DNA of 34,512 nucleotides, taken from NCBI GenBank assembly GCA_964591305.1, contig CAZQAI010000001.1, positions 5,965 to 40,476 on the forward strand, read 5' to 3'. The position numbers were made by a program, and so were the translations under genes. Of this stretch, positions 23,689 through 32,969 are shown one piece after another. The notes beneath the pieces were generated by a model. That model worked only from the letters and a program-made list of their open reading frames with translations, did not search any database and was not told the DNA's origin. Numbering within the stretch: the stretch's first letter is position 1; each line of letters begins with the position of its first letter. The stretch comes from an uncultured Clostridium sp. GTDB lineage: Bacteria; Bacillota; Clostridia; Oscillospirales; CAG-272.

Positions 23689-24384
23689 TCAGTCTGTGGT
23701 GGAAAACTCTGCCCAAAGCAGGTTATGATCCGATTCTGCACCATCCTCCATGCCGGATGACACAAGGGTCAACGTGTTCCTGTCATATATTATGTTATCG
23801 ATGGCCATGGGAGGAGACCGGAAGGTCCGATAGACCTTGCCCCTGTCACCGCCATTAACCAGACCGCCGTGACAGCTGCCTGTCAGGGGAGCAAATTCTG
23901 AAAAATCCTGCGTGTTGAAGTCTCCGGTCAACAGGAAGGAACCGCTGCCCATCAAAAGGTGGGCTAGTTGATCAAATTGCGTACTCCGGGGATCCCTGGC
24001 TTCATAGGTCAGATGGGTATTGAAGAAGGAAAGTCTGCCGCCATCCCATCTGATCCCAGCACACCCACAGGCACGGGGTTCATATCCGAATGCCTGTAAT
24101 GGAAAGATCCGGAATGATTCGATAGGCCAGCGGGACAGGATGGCCGTACCGTACTCTCCTCCATCATATGCCATAGTGGGAACAAAGCGTGTGTACGCAA
24201 GGCCGGTAGTCTCCGACATACCCTGCAAGGTGTCGCATCCGCCGTTTCTATGGGTCCTCATATCCACCTCCTGAAGGCCGACCAGGTCGGCCCCGCAGGA
24301 GAGGATACGGGCGGCAAGACGGGGCCAGTCGTAATCCACGGCCTTCCCGTGCAGAATATTATAAGTCGCAACAGTCAGTTTCAC
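23689..24384 (-). CDS. Endonuclease/exonuclease/phosphatase (EEP) family protein, no signal peptide
   Basis: MKLTVATYNILHGK...DLVGLQEVD...SDHNLLWAEF are EEP-family motifs. The start is GTG. Confidence 0.85.
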   Translation of the reverse strand: MKLTVATYNILHGKAVDYDWPRLAARILSCGADLVGLQEVDMRTHRNGGCDTLQGMSETTGLAYTRFVPTMAYDGGEYGTAILSRWPIESFRIFPLQAFGYEPRACGCAGIRWDGGRLSFFNTHLTYEARDPRSTQFDQLAHLLMGSGSFLLTGDFNTQDFSEFAPLTGSCHGGLVNGGDRGKVYRTFRSPPMAIDNIIYDRNTLTLVSSGMEDGAESDHNLLWAEFSTTD

Positions 24385-24433
24385 ACATGTTCACGCCCCT
24401 GTCTCTATCTTTTTTCATGTCTACCGGACACAA

Positions 24434-27400
24434 TCAGGCTTTCATATCCCTGTCAATCAGATCAAAGGTCACGCCGCCTTTATGATTCACGCTGTTTCGG
24501 GTTGCCTTGTTTGCGTCGAAATACTTGACGCCAACTGCATCCTGCTGGAGTGTTCCTGACACGTCGGACACGTGAAGATCTGCATCGCTTCCTCCCTCTG
24601 TGCGGAAGGAAATGCGGATCTCAGCCCCCTCCATGTAAAGCTGGTTGTACAGCACATACCGGTAGGGTGTCACATGGCTTGCGATTTCATACTCCACGAT
24701 TGAGGCGGGCATTTCACAGCCTTGATTATACACGGCGAAACGGACGTACGCCTTGCCCTCACCGGTATAAGAGGCCTTGAGGGTCAGCTCGATCACATCC
24801 GAATTTTTGAGGTAACTGTCCAACACGCCCGTGGAGTAGGTATTTCCGGTCCCTTCCATGGGTGCATGCAATGCATCCAGTACCGTCACATTGACATGGG
24901 CATGGAAAGGCACCACATACACGGTTCCCTCCCACTTACCGTCAGATGTCACGGATTTCAGAAGGCCCTCATTTTGGCTGCCAGCGCCTTCGCCCATCTG
25001 AATGATGTTGTACTGTTTTCCGTTCTGACTGACTCCTACAGAACCTGTGGTTCCGCCGGTATAACCCGGGCGAGGCAGGTTCTGCTCGGCCAGCATCTCA
25101 ACAGCTCCCTTCTCTGCTTCAGCTTGAGCATCCGTAAACGTAATCTGATGAATCATACGGACACCATTGCTCCACAAATATCTCAGCTGACTGAAAGCCG
25201 CCTCTGCTGTATCTTGCAATGCACTGTATTCGCCAATGCTCATATTCCACTGCCCTGCTCTGTTGGCGATGCTGATGAAGTTTGCGTTTCCCATAAAGGT
25301 ACCGTACCGTGTGCCGCCGTAGGCAGTGCCGCAGGTGGTCACAACATCAATGGGAGAAATTCTGGTGTCAGCTTCACCCAAAAATCCGGCAACAGCCTCC
25401 CCCTCGGGGATCTGGTGAGCCGATATGGATTCCGGGGGATATCCGGCCAACAGGGCCTCGCGATAGGCCTCCATGATCCGTTTGCTGACAATATACCGAT
25501 TGTACAGTGTCCACTGTTGGAAATAATCGCCCTTGAGCGCATCCCAGTCACCTCTGCCCTGCTCACGGGGCGGGTCAATCTCATATTCATCCGAGAAGGA
25601 CGTACTGAAGGCGGCATTGATGTTTTCAATAGAACCATACAGCTCCATGAGATATATCTGGAAGCCGCGGAGCATGCTGACATTATAGTCACCCACTGTG
25701 CCGGCTACATCAATCTCATGCTCATGCACCGGAGAGACACCCACAAGATGTTCGGGATTTCCATTCTCTCCTCTGAATTCGACCACCATTGTCCGCAGGA
25801 AAGAACGCAATGGGTACAGACGCAGTTTAGCCAGGTCAAGAAGACCGTCCGCATAGGTGCCAATGTTGAAGGTGGATCCCAGCTCCAGATAGTCGTTATA
25901 TTTACCGCTCTCCCCCACTGACGCATACACCCGTTCGTCAGTACCGGGGTATACACAGTTTACCAGATTGTTTGTAGCAGCAATTTTATTCCATCGGTGC
26001 GTGAAACAGGGTTCCAGGAACAGATGCTTCTGTTGATAGCTGTCAATATAGCTCTGTATGCCGTTGAAGGCATAATCGGCATAAGTGGCATTGTCAAATA
26101 TCTGGTTGACAGCATCCAGCGTTCCGGCCTGATTAAGCTGGCTGATCACACCGTTGGTCAGATCACATCGGATATGCATGAATTCACCGGTGCTGACATA
26201 GGTATTGTCGTTGTCATTCCAGTAACGGGCGGTATAGAAGACATTCTCACGGAAGCCCACATCCAGCAGGCCGCCGTCAGCGCCGCTCTGGTCGTAGACC
26301 ACCACGAAGGAACGGTTCTCCTCATTCTCATCTTCAGCTACGCACACAATGTACCTCTCACCGAGATTGGCGGAAGCAGACACCGTCAGCGTGTTTTCAG
26401 GCGGTGTGATCCCCGCATTCTCAAAGGTGGCGGTATAGGGGCTGCCCTCATAGACGGCCCGGATGTCTGGGAAATACAGGATGAGGCTGTCGGCAGTGCC
26501 GTCATTGGTGTTGCGGACAGACAGTTGCACGGCGCCTGTGGCGTCCTGCGTATCGGACAGGCCAAAGGCACAATCCAGAGTGGAACGGGTCACGACAGAT
26601 CCGTCTAACAGGTCAAGCAAGGCATATGGCAGTCTGCCCTGATCATCCAGCTTCTGGGCTGTCACCAACAACACCTCATCCGACTTACCGGGGACAAAGG
26701 CTCCAGACACGATGGTATACGGCCCGTCCATCACGTCACGTAGCGTGATATCCATACGCAGGGAACCGAATATGTCGAACACCCGCACATCCCCGTCGGT
26801 GCCATTGTACTTTTCAAAGGGAGTCGTGGCAATGAGCGTTTCCTCCCCCACAGCAACAGCCGCCACCTGGACACCGCCGGTCACGGAGGCATCGAATGCC
26901 AGGAACTGAGCTGTCACAGTCTGTTGCTCGTTGAGCACACGAACCACAGTATGATTGGGTTTGGTTCCCGTATAGTGTCCCTCGCCTACCACCAGGCGGG
27001 GCCCGACACCCACACCCTCCACCTGACCCAGCTGTGCATAATACACACTAGACTGAACGCCCAGATTCAGATCAGGAGCGGTATAGAACACGGCATTGTT
27101 CTCGCCGTTGGTAATCACATCAGGAAGATCAATGAAGGCATTGACAATGTCCTGCTGCGATGCGCCGGTCATGTATAGATACATTGCCTCCAGCGTATAC
27201 ATATCGTCATACACATCCAAGCCCCGGTCGGTATAGAACATAGCCAACTTGCCATCATAAACCAACGCATTGACGCCCAGGGCAGAAGCGGCCTCCATGA
27301 TGCGTGCCGAGCCGGTCAGGTCAGTCTGCTTTTCCAAGGCGGAGGACAGGGCCGTCATGTCCACTCTCATCTCTCCGTCCGACATATCCAGCTCGTGACC

Positions 27401-27769
27401 GGAGGCCTGTATCAGGGTGTCCTCTTTATACATTTGTTTGGCTCCCACGGCCATCACCACTGCCTCCTGAGAGCCAAGCACCTGGCTGATTCTGGTGGAG
27501 GTAATGTAATCGGCATAATCGGGTGTCCCGACAGCGGGAAACACAACAGCCGATACATCAGGTTGTGTCTCGGTTTCAGGCTCTGTCTCGGGCTCCGTCC
27601 CATCAGGCACCGTCTCAATGACGGATGGATAGGTTTCGGTTTCCGTTTCCTTGTTCGTCTTGTCCCGGCAAGCACTGAGGAGGGCGACAGCAAGGAGAAC
27701 AAGGGTCACTGCGAGAACAGGCCGAAGATACACCGGCATGGCTGTTCGCTTCATGTCATTTCGCTTCAT
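24434..27769 (-). CDS. Large lipoprotein of unknown function (~1110 aa) with a GH-A/GH42-like signature in the C-terminal half
   Basis: The signal peptide ends in the lipobox LLSAC, followed by an ET/EP-rich linker (ETETETYPS...EPETEPETETQPD). The later segment VSPVHEHEIDV...FQIYLMELYGSIENINAAFSTSFSDEYEIDPP...WNMSIGEYSA resembles TIM-barrel glycosidase patterns, but weakly. The start is chosen at ATG 27769 (MKRNDMKRTAM...); 27754-27790 are possible. The track ORF start 27991 overlaps the upstream gene. Confidence 0.7.
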   Translation of the reverse strand: MKRNDMKRTAMPVYLRPVLAVTLVLLAVALLSACRDKTNKETETETYPSVIETVPDGTEPETEPETETQPDVSAVVFPAVGTPDYADYITSTRISQVLGSQEAVVMAVGAKQMYKEDTLIQASGHELDMSDGEMRVDMTALSSALEKQTDLTGSARIMEAASALGVNALVYDGKLAMFYTDRGLDVYDDMYTLEAMYLYMTGASQQDIVNAFIDLPDVITNGENNAVFYTAPDLNLGVQSSVYYAQLGQVEGVGVGPRLVVGEGHYTGTKPNHTVVRVLNEQQTVTAQFLAFDASVTGGVQVAAVAVGEETLIATTPFEKYNGTDGDVRVFDIFGSLRMDITLRDVMDGPYTIVSGAFVPGKSDEVLLVTAQKLDDQGRLPYALLDLLDGSVVTRSTLDCAFGLSDTQDATGAVQLSVRNTNDGTADSLILYFPDIRAVYEGSPYTATFENAGITPPENTLTVSASANLGERYIVCVAEDENEENRSFVVVYDQSGADGGLLDVGFRENVFYTARYWNDNDNTYVSTGEFMHIRCDLTNGVISQLNQAGTLDAVNQIFDNATYADYAFNGIQSYIDSYQQKHLFLEPCFTHRWNKIAATNNLVNCVYPGTDERVYASVGESGKYNDYLELGSTFNIGTYADGLLDLAKLRLYPLRSFLRTMVVEFRGENGNPEHLVGVSPVHEHEIDVAGTVGDYNVSMLRGFQIYLMELYGSIENINAAFSTSFSDEYEIDPPREQGRGDWDALKGDYFQQWTLYNRYIVSKRIMEAYREALLAGYPPESISAHQIPEGEAVAGFLGEADTRISPIDVVTTCGTAYGGTRYGTFMGNANFISIANRAGQWNMSIGEYSALQDTAEAAFSQLRYLWSNGVRMIHQITFTDAQAEAEKGAVEMLAEQNLPRPGYTGGTTGSVGVSQNGKQYNIIQMGEGAGSQNEGLLKSVTSDGKWEGTVYVVPFHAHVNVTVLDALHAPMEGTGNTYSTGVLDSYLKNSDVIELTLKASYTGEGKAYVRFAVYNQGCEMPASIVEYEIASHVTPYRYVLYNQLYMEGAEIRISFRTEGGSDADLHVSDVSGTLQQDAVGVKYFDANKATRNSVNHKGGVTFDLIDRDMKA

Positions 27770-27830
27770 GGTATTCATTTCCTTTCTCATAATATGGCAC
27801 TGTGAGTACAGTCTAATCATGATAAGCGGG

Positions 27831-28463
27831 TTATAAGGCAGCCTCCGCCATCTGTTTACGGAGGTAGGCCGCTGTGTCGAATGGCTCCAGGGAAGTGTCA
27901 CCGCGCAAGTAGAGCGGATGATGGGGATGCCCCTTGACCGACAGGGGACCGGCGTGATACCACACCGCTCCCATCTCCCGACCGATGGCAAGCATGTCCC
28001 GGACGCAGGTCATAAGGTAGTCACGCTTTTCGATGAGGCTCCCCCATGCCGCCCAAACGGCGGGAGTCCGGCCGCCAAGGCCGAGAAGACAGCGGAAGGC
28101 CTTCATATTTTCTCCGTGCATCCACGGATTGATAACAGACTCCATGTCATCCGGCCTGGTAGCCCGTTGGGCGTAGACATTGAACATGAGAAAGCTGTCG
28201 TACCCGTTGGCGGCAGCGATGCGCTGAGCTGACTTCAATGTGGGGTCAAGGTGATCCGGTTCTGCGGTGGATGGATTGATTCCCACGCAGATAAGAGGGT
28301 GGGTACCTCTTGTGCCCAGTATGTACCGGTACTCATCGTAATGCGGCGGCACATACAGCCATTCACTCACATCATAAGCGGAGTTTGGTGTTCCGGCAGC
28401 CCGGAGGGCTTCATCAAAGGGCAGCACTTCAATCCCGGCTGTATTGGTTTGGGGTATATGCAT
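27831..28463 (-). CDS. DUF1643-family protein
   Basis: LICVGINPSTAEPDHLDPTLKSAQRIAAANGYDSFLMFNVYAQRATRPDDM matches the DUF1643 core pattern (NPS...DPT...N.....R...P) as I remember it. The SD AAGGAGAG overlaps the polC stop codon. Confidence 0.7.
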   Translation of the reverse strand: MHIPQTNTAGIEVLPFDEALRAAGTPNSAYDVSEWLYVPPHYDEYRYILGTRGTHPLICVGINPSTAEPDHLDPTLKSAQRIAAANGYDSFLMFNVYAQRATRPDDMESVINPWMHGENMKAFRCLLGLGGRTPAVWAAWGSLIEKRDYLMTCVRDMLAIGREMGAVWYHAGPLSVKGHPHHPLYLRGDTSLEPFDTAAYLRKQMAEAAL

Positions 28464-28472
28464 ATGCTCTCC

Positions 28473-31400
28473 TTAAAAACTGATGGTCATCTGGTCGGTC
28501 TCATTCAAGCCATCCAGTGCATGATTCTGACGAAGAATGTCCACGACGGCTTTGGTGAGCCGTGCACGAGTCTGCAGATCCTCCACCGAGAAGAAGGGTT
28601 CCTCATCCCGGGCGGCGGCAATGTTGGCGGCGGCGTTCTCTCCCACTCCGGCCAGCGAGGTGAAGGGAAGACGGATCATCCCGTCCTCCGGCAGGTACTC
28701 CCGGTCGCTGGACTTCTCAAGGCTCACCGGCAGGAATTTAATGCCTCGGGCGTAGGCTTCGTTGGCCAGCTGAAGGGCCGGCAGACTTTGCTGTTCCTTG
28801 GGAAGGGCGTCATTTCCCCGCTTTTCAATATCCAGAATATAATCCTGGACAGCCTTTTTGCCCCGCATGACCAGCTCTCCGTCAAAGCCGGTAGGCTGTA
28901 CCGTGAACATGGCACAATAAAAGGCAAGCGGCTTATGTACCTTATACCACCCCAGGCGGATGGCGGAAATATCGTAGGCGGCGGCGTGGGCCTTGGGGTA
29001 CATGTACTTGATCTTCTTACAGGAAGCGATGTACCAGTCTGGCACATGGGCCGCTCTCATTTCCTCCTCGAATTCCGGAGTTAGTCCCTTGCCTTTACGC
29101 ACCATTTCCATGATCTTGAAGGCGTGGCTCTTTTCCACCCCGTACCGGATCAGTGCCAGCATGATGTCGTCCCGAGTACCTATGACCTGGGATATGGTGC
29201 AGGTTCCATCCTGGATCAGCAGCTGGGCGTTGTTTGTCCAGACATCGGTACCGTGGGACAGTCCGGAAATCTGAAGCAGGTCGGAGAAGGACTGGGGTTT
29301 ACAGTCCTGCAGCATTTTGATAACGAACTTGGTTCCCAACTCCGGCAGGCCCAATGTCCCCAACGGCACACCGGCAATGTCGTCCGGCGTGATGCCCAGA
29401 GGCTTGGTGGAAAGGAACAGATCGTATATAGAGCGGTCATTCATGGGTACATCCAGTACCGATGTATCGGAAAACCGTTCCAGGTATTTATACTTGGTCG
29501 GCATATCATGGCCCAGCTCATCCAGTTTAAGCAAGGTATCATGCAAGTACTCAAAGGTGAAATGGGTGGTCACGATGTCGGAATTCGGATCGTCAGCAGG
29601 GTGCTGTACTGGACAGAAATCATAGATGTCATACACTTTGGGCACCACTACGATACCGCCGGGATGCTGCCCCGTGGTACGTTTGACACCCACGCTGTGC
29701 ATGGTCAGACGGTTGGCCTCGGCTCGGTTGACACTGATCCCCTTCCCCTCCAGATACTTCATGACAAAGCCATATGCGGTCTTATCAGCCAATGCGCCAA
29801 TGGTGCCGGCTCGGAAGACGTTCTCCGTTCCGAACAGTTCCTCGGTATACTTATGAACCTTACCCTGCACTTCTCCGGAGAAGTTCAAATCAATATCGGG
29901 AGATTTATCTCCGTAGAAGCCCAGAAACGTCTCAAAGGGGATATCATGGCCGTCATAGTTCAGCTTGTGCCCACAGCGGGGGCAATTTCTGTCAGGCAGG
30001 TCAAAGCCGGACAGGATACCCTCCGGGATGTTTTCGAAATCGGAAAACCGACACTCGGGGCACCAATAATGAGGCGGCAAGGGGTTGACCTCGGAAATAC
30101 CGGCCAGGGAGGCCACCACGGAGGAACCCACCGACCCACGGGAGCCCACCAGATAGCCTTGGCTTTCGCTGTAGCTGACCAGCTTCTGTGCAATCATGTA
30201 CAGCACAGCAAATCCGTTGTTTATGATAGAAGTCAGCTCCTTCTTAAGCCGTTCCTCCACAATTCTCGGCAGAGGGTCACCGTACTTTTTCTTGGCATTC
30301 TCATAGCAGATGCGGGTCAGATCCTCCTCGGCCCCATCCATGTGCGGGGTGTAGGTTCCGCTTGGGAAGGGACGGATGTGAGGATCAATGCAGTCGGCAA
30401 TCAGGTTGGTGTTGGTCACAACCACCTCATACGCCTTCTCTTTTCCCAAATAAGAGAATTCATCCAGCATCTCCTGTGTGGTGCGGTAGTACAGGCCGAT
30501 GTCCCTGTCATAATCCTTGAACTTCATGCCCGCCATGAGTATCTTCCGGTATATTTCATCCTCCTGATTCATAAAGTGCGCATCGCAGGTGGCCACCACC
30601 GGCTTGTGGTATGTCTCCCCCAAGGCAACAATCCTGCGGTTCAGATTGCGTAGATCCTCGTCATCCCTGGCTTTCCCCTCGGCTATGAGAAAACGGTTAT
30701 TGCAGATGGGCTGAATCTCCAGATAATCATAGAAATTGACGATGTCAGCAAGCTCTGCTTCCGGTTTGTTGTCAAGGACAGCACGGAAAACCTCGCCTGC
30801 CTCACAAGCCGATCCCACGATCAGACCTTCCCGGTATTTTTCCAACTCGGTCTTTGGAATCCGGGGCTGCTTCTTGAAATATTTGAGGTAGCTGTCGGAG
30901 ACCAGCTTATACAGATTCTTCTGTCCGACTTTATTCCGTACCAGGATGATCTGATGGTAGGAACGCAGCCGCTTGGGGTCTGTCTGCTCAGCCATGTCGG
31001 ATATAAGCTTGTCATAAGTGCGTATGTCGAGTTCGTCCAGATCATGAACCATACAGAAGAAAATACGGGCCAGCATCTCGGCGTCATCACAAGCACGGTG
31101 GTGATGAAAATCACCTAATCCGTAGTGGTCGGCGATCGTGTCCAGCTTATGATTCTTGAGGTCGGGCAACAGGAACCGACCCAATGCCAAGGTGTCAAGG
31201 TAGGGATTCTCAAAGCGTAGTCCCTGTCTGTCCGAGGCAGCACGGATAAAGCCGGTGTCGAAGTCAGCATTATGAGCGATGAGCAGCATAGTTCCCTGCT
31301 CGCCTGTACCCACAAACTCAAAAAAGGCTTGCAGGGCGGACAGCTCGTCTGGAGCATCCTTGACCATATCGTCCGTGATGCCGGTCAATTGGGTGATTGA

Positions 31401-32948
31401 TGGAGGGATGGGCATTCCGGGGTTGACAAAGGTATCAAAGCTGTTCAGAATCTTCCCGTCCCGGATCCTGACCGCTCCGATCTCGGTAATGCGGTCATTC
31501 TGAGCGGAAAGCCCGGTGGTTTCTATGTCAAAGGCCACAGCATCACCGCCGAGTGCACCTGTGCACCGCCCTAAGAGCGCGCTGGATGTGTTGTTGACAA
31601 AGTAGGCCTCAATGCCGTAGATCACCTTTTGGCCACATGCATCAGCGGCCTTGACAGCATCCATATAGCCTTGCACATTGCCGTGATCGGTGATGGCTAC
31701 AGCCGGATGTCCCCAGGCATGAGCCTGTTTGACGGCATCCGAAGGTGGAATGAGAGCATCCATAGCCGACATTTGGGTATGCAGGTGAAGCTCCACCCGC
31801 TTGACAGGTGCCTCATCCCTGCGTACCAGCTTTTTGATTCTGGCCATATCGGAAGCATAAAAGATCAGATCCGGACCCTCGGTACGATCCCGGCGTATTT
31901 CACGCTTGGCATACCCACGCAAAGCCAGAACGGCTCCATCCTTGACCACGGTACCCAGGTCATCCGCATCCTCCGGAAGCAGACCAAAGGCTTTGCATTC
32001 AATAGAGGCACTATTATCGGTGAGGTAGTATGTGATGTTGAATTTATCGCCATTCCGGCTGGCCTCTTTTGTAAAGCCAAACACCTCACCCACAAGTATC
32101 AGATTCCGCTGGGGCCTGTCCACTGCCGACAGGGGGGTGGGTTTGATGTCAAATTCATGGCCAATCACATACTCCGGAGCGGTTATATCAAAGGTCATAA
32201 AGCCGACACGGCACTGTCCGTTCTCTATTATCACAGGCTGTACCGCCCCTTCATTCCCGGCTGTTTCCTGTGCTCCCTGTCCTTCCTTTGGGAGGGTGAA
32301 CAGAGACTGCACCCGTTTTAGTGCCGGTTCCGTTTGGGTAGATGGCGACTCTGCGGGTTTCTGCCCCTGCCGGTGCTCCTTCATCCGATCATAATCCCGG
32401 CTGGCTTCCACAAGCTGTTTGTCAAGCCCGGCCAGCATGGCTTGCTGCCGCCCGGTCAGCACATCCTGTGCGTCCTCCGTATTGATCACCGTCACCTCCA
32501 TGTCAAGCCCGAATTCGGATTTGAGGATCATGGACATGGTCACAGGCGTACGGGCGTCAACCAGCAGGTTCACGCCTGACTGGGTAAAAGGGATTTCCAC
32601 TGTCAGCTGTGCGTCATGCAGCGTGTACCGGTAAGTATGAAAGAAGCCTCTGGCCACCACGCCTACCCGTTCGGTTTCCTTGATCAGCTCGGGGATGTAA
32701 GCCTCCGAAAAGAAGGAAGCATCATACTTGGGCATGAGCTTGACATAATGCAGCTCATACGCCTCTGCCACCTCATTCTCGATCCGGTACAGCGTCTCCT
32801 TGGGGATAAGGCGGGGAAAACGGCAGGACAGGAGAAGTGCCCGCGCTTCCTTGTCTGCCTGCACGCCGATATCAGTAGCTTGCAGGAGCAATTCCCTGGT
32901 AGCATCATCCGGGTGGTACTTATACAGAATTTCAGGTAAAGTTTTCAT
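28473..32948 (-). CDS. polC: DNA polymerase III alpha subunit, PolC type (with 3'-5' exonuclease domain)
   Basis: 1491 aa. PHP motif VELHLHTQMSAMDA, Exo I motif AFDIETTGLS, the HNADFD exonuclease motif, and a Zn-finger region CPECRF...CPRCGH. Confidence 0.97.
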   Translation of the reverse strand: MKTLPEILYKYHPDDATRELLLQATDIGVQADKEARALLLSCRFPRLIPKETLYRIENEVAEAYELHYVKLMPKYDASFFSEAYIPELIKETERVGVVARGFFHTYRYTLHDAQLTVEIPFTQSGVNLLVDARTPVTMSMILKSEFGLDMEVTVINTEDAQDVLTGRQQAMLAGLDKQLVEASRDYDRMKEHRQGQKPAESPSTQTEPALKRVQSLFTLPKEGQGAQETAGNEGAVQPVIIENGQCRVGFMTFDITAPEYVIGHEFDIKPTPLSAVDRPQRNLILVGEVFGFTKEASRNGDKFNITYYLTDNSASIECKAFGLLPEDADDLGTVVKDGAVLALRGYAKREIRRDRTEGPDLIFYASDMARIKKLVRRDEAPVKRVELHLHTQMSAMDALIPPSDAVKQAHAWGHPAVAITDHGNVQGYMDAVKAADACGQKVIYGIEAYFVNNTSSALLGRCTGALGGDAVAFDIETTGLSAQNDRITEIGAVRIRDGKILNSFDTFVNPGMPIPPSITQLTGITDDMVKDAPDELSALQAFFEFVGTGEQGTMLLIAHNADFDTGFIRAASDRQGLRFENPYLDTLALGRFLLPDLKNHKLDTIADHYGLGDFHHHRACDDAEMLARIFFCMVHDLDELDIRTYDKLISDMAEQTDPKRLRSYHQIILVRNKVGQKNLYKLVSDSYLKYFKKQPRIPKTELEKYREGLIVGSACEAGEVFRAVLDNKPEAELADIVNFYDYLEIQPICNNRFLIAEGKARDDEDLRNLNRRIVALGETYHKPVVATCDAHFMNQEDEIYRKILMAGMKFKDYDRDIGLYYRTTQEMLDEFSYLGKEKAYEVVVTNTNLIADCIDPHIRPFPSGTYTPHMDGAEEDLTRICYENAKKKYGDPLPRIVEERLKKELTSIINNGFAVLYMIAQKLVSYSESQGYLVGSRGSVGSSVVASLAGISEVNPLPPHYWCPECRFSDFENIPEGILSGFDLPDRNCPRCGHKLNYDGHDIPFETFLGFYGDKSPDIDLNFSGEVQGKVHKYTEELFGTENVFRAGTIGALADKTAYGFVMKYLEGKGISVNRAEANRLTMHSVGVKRTTGQHPGGIVVVPKVYDIYDFCPVQHPADDPNSDIVTTHFTFEYLHDTLLKLDELGHDMPTKYKYLERFSDTSVLDVPMNDRSIYDLFLSTKPLGITPDDIAGVPLGTLGLPELGTKFVIKMLQDCKPQSFSDLLQISGLSHGTDVWTNNAQLLIQDGTCTISQVIGTRDDIMLALIRYGVEKSHAFKIMEMVRKGKGLTPEFEEEMRAAHVPDWYIASCKKIKYMYPKAHAAAYDISAIRLGWYKVHKPLAFYCAMFTVQPTGFDGELVMRGKKAVQDYILDIEKRGNDALPKEQQSLPALQLANEAYARGIKFLPVSLEKSSDREYLPEDGMIRLPFTSLAGVGENAAANIAAARDEEPFFSVEDLQTRARLTKAVVDILRQNHALDGLNETDQMTISF

Positions 32949-32969
32949 GGCATAATTCAGAAACTGTTT

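Noticed and set aside
24722-25921. 399-aa plus-strand ORF
   Set aside because: It is antisense to the large lipoprotein gene and has an odd low-complexity composition. It is a shadow ORF.
27540-27660. Short tandem-looking GAAAC/GGTTTC repeats
   Set aside because: They encode the ET/EP-rich linker of the lipoprotein, so this is a coding low-complexity region. It is not a CRISPR or satellite repeat.
27770-27991. N-terminal 74-codon extension of the lipoprotein ORF; similar upstream run-ons occur at 17298, 20918, 23765, 8289, 8872 and 4949
   Set aside because: The extensions overlap the preceding genes and lack SDs. Internal starts restore canonical N-termini and a signal peptide.
29124-30653. 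509-aa plus-strand ORF
   Set aside because: It is entirely antisense to polC, whose identity is unambiguous. It has no SD and no recognisable motifs. This is a typical shadow ORF of GC-rich coding DNA.
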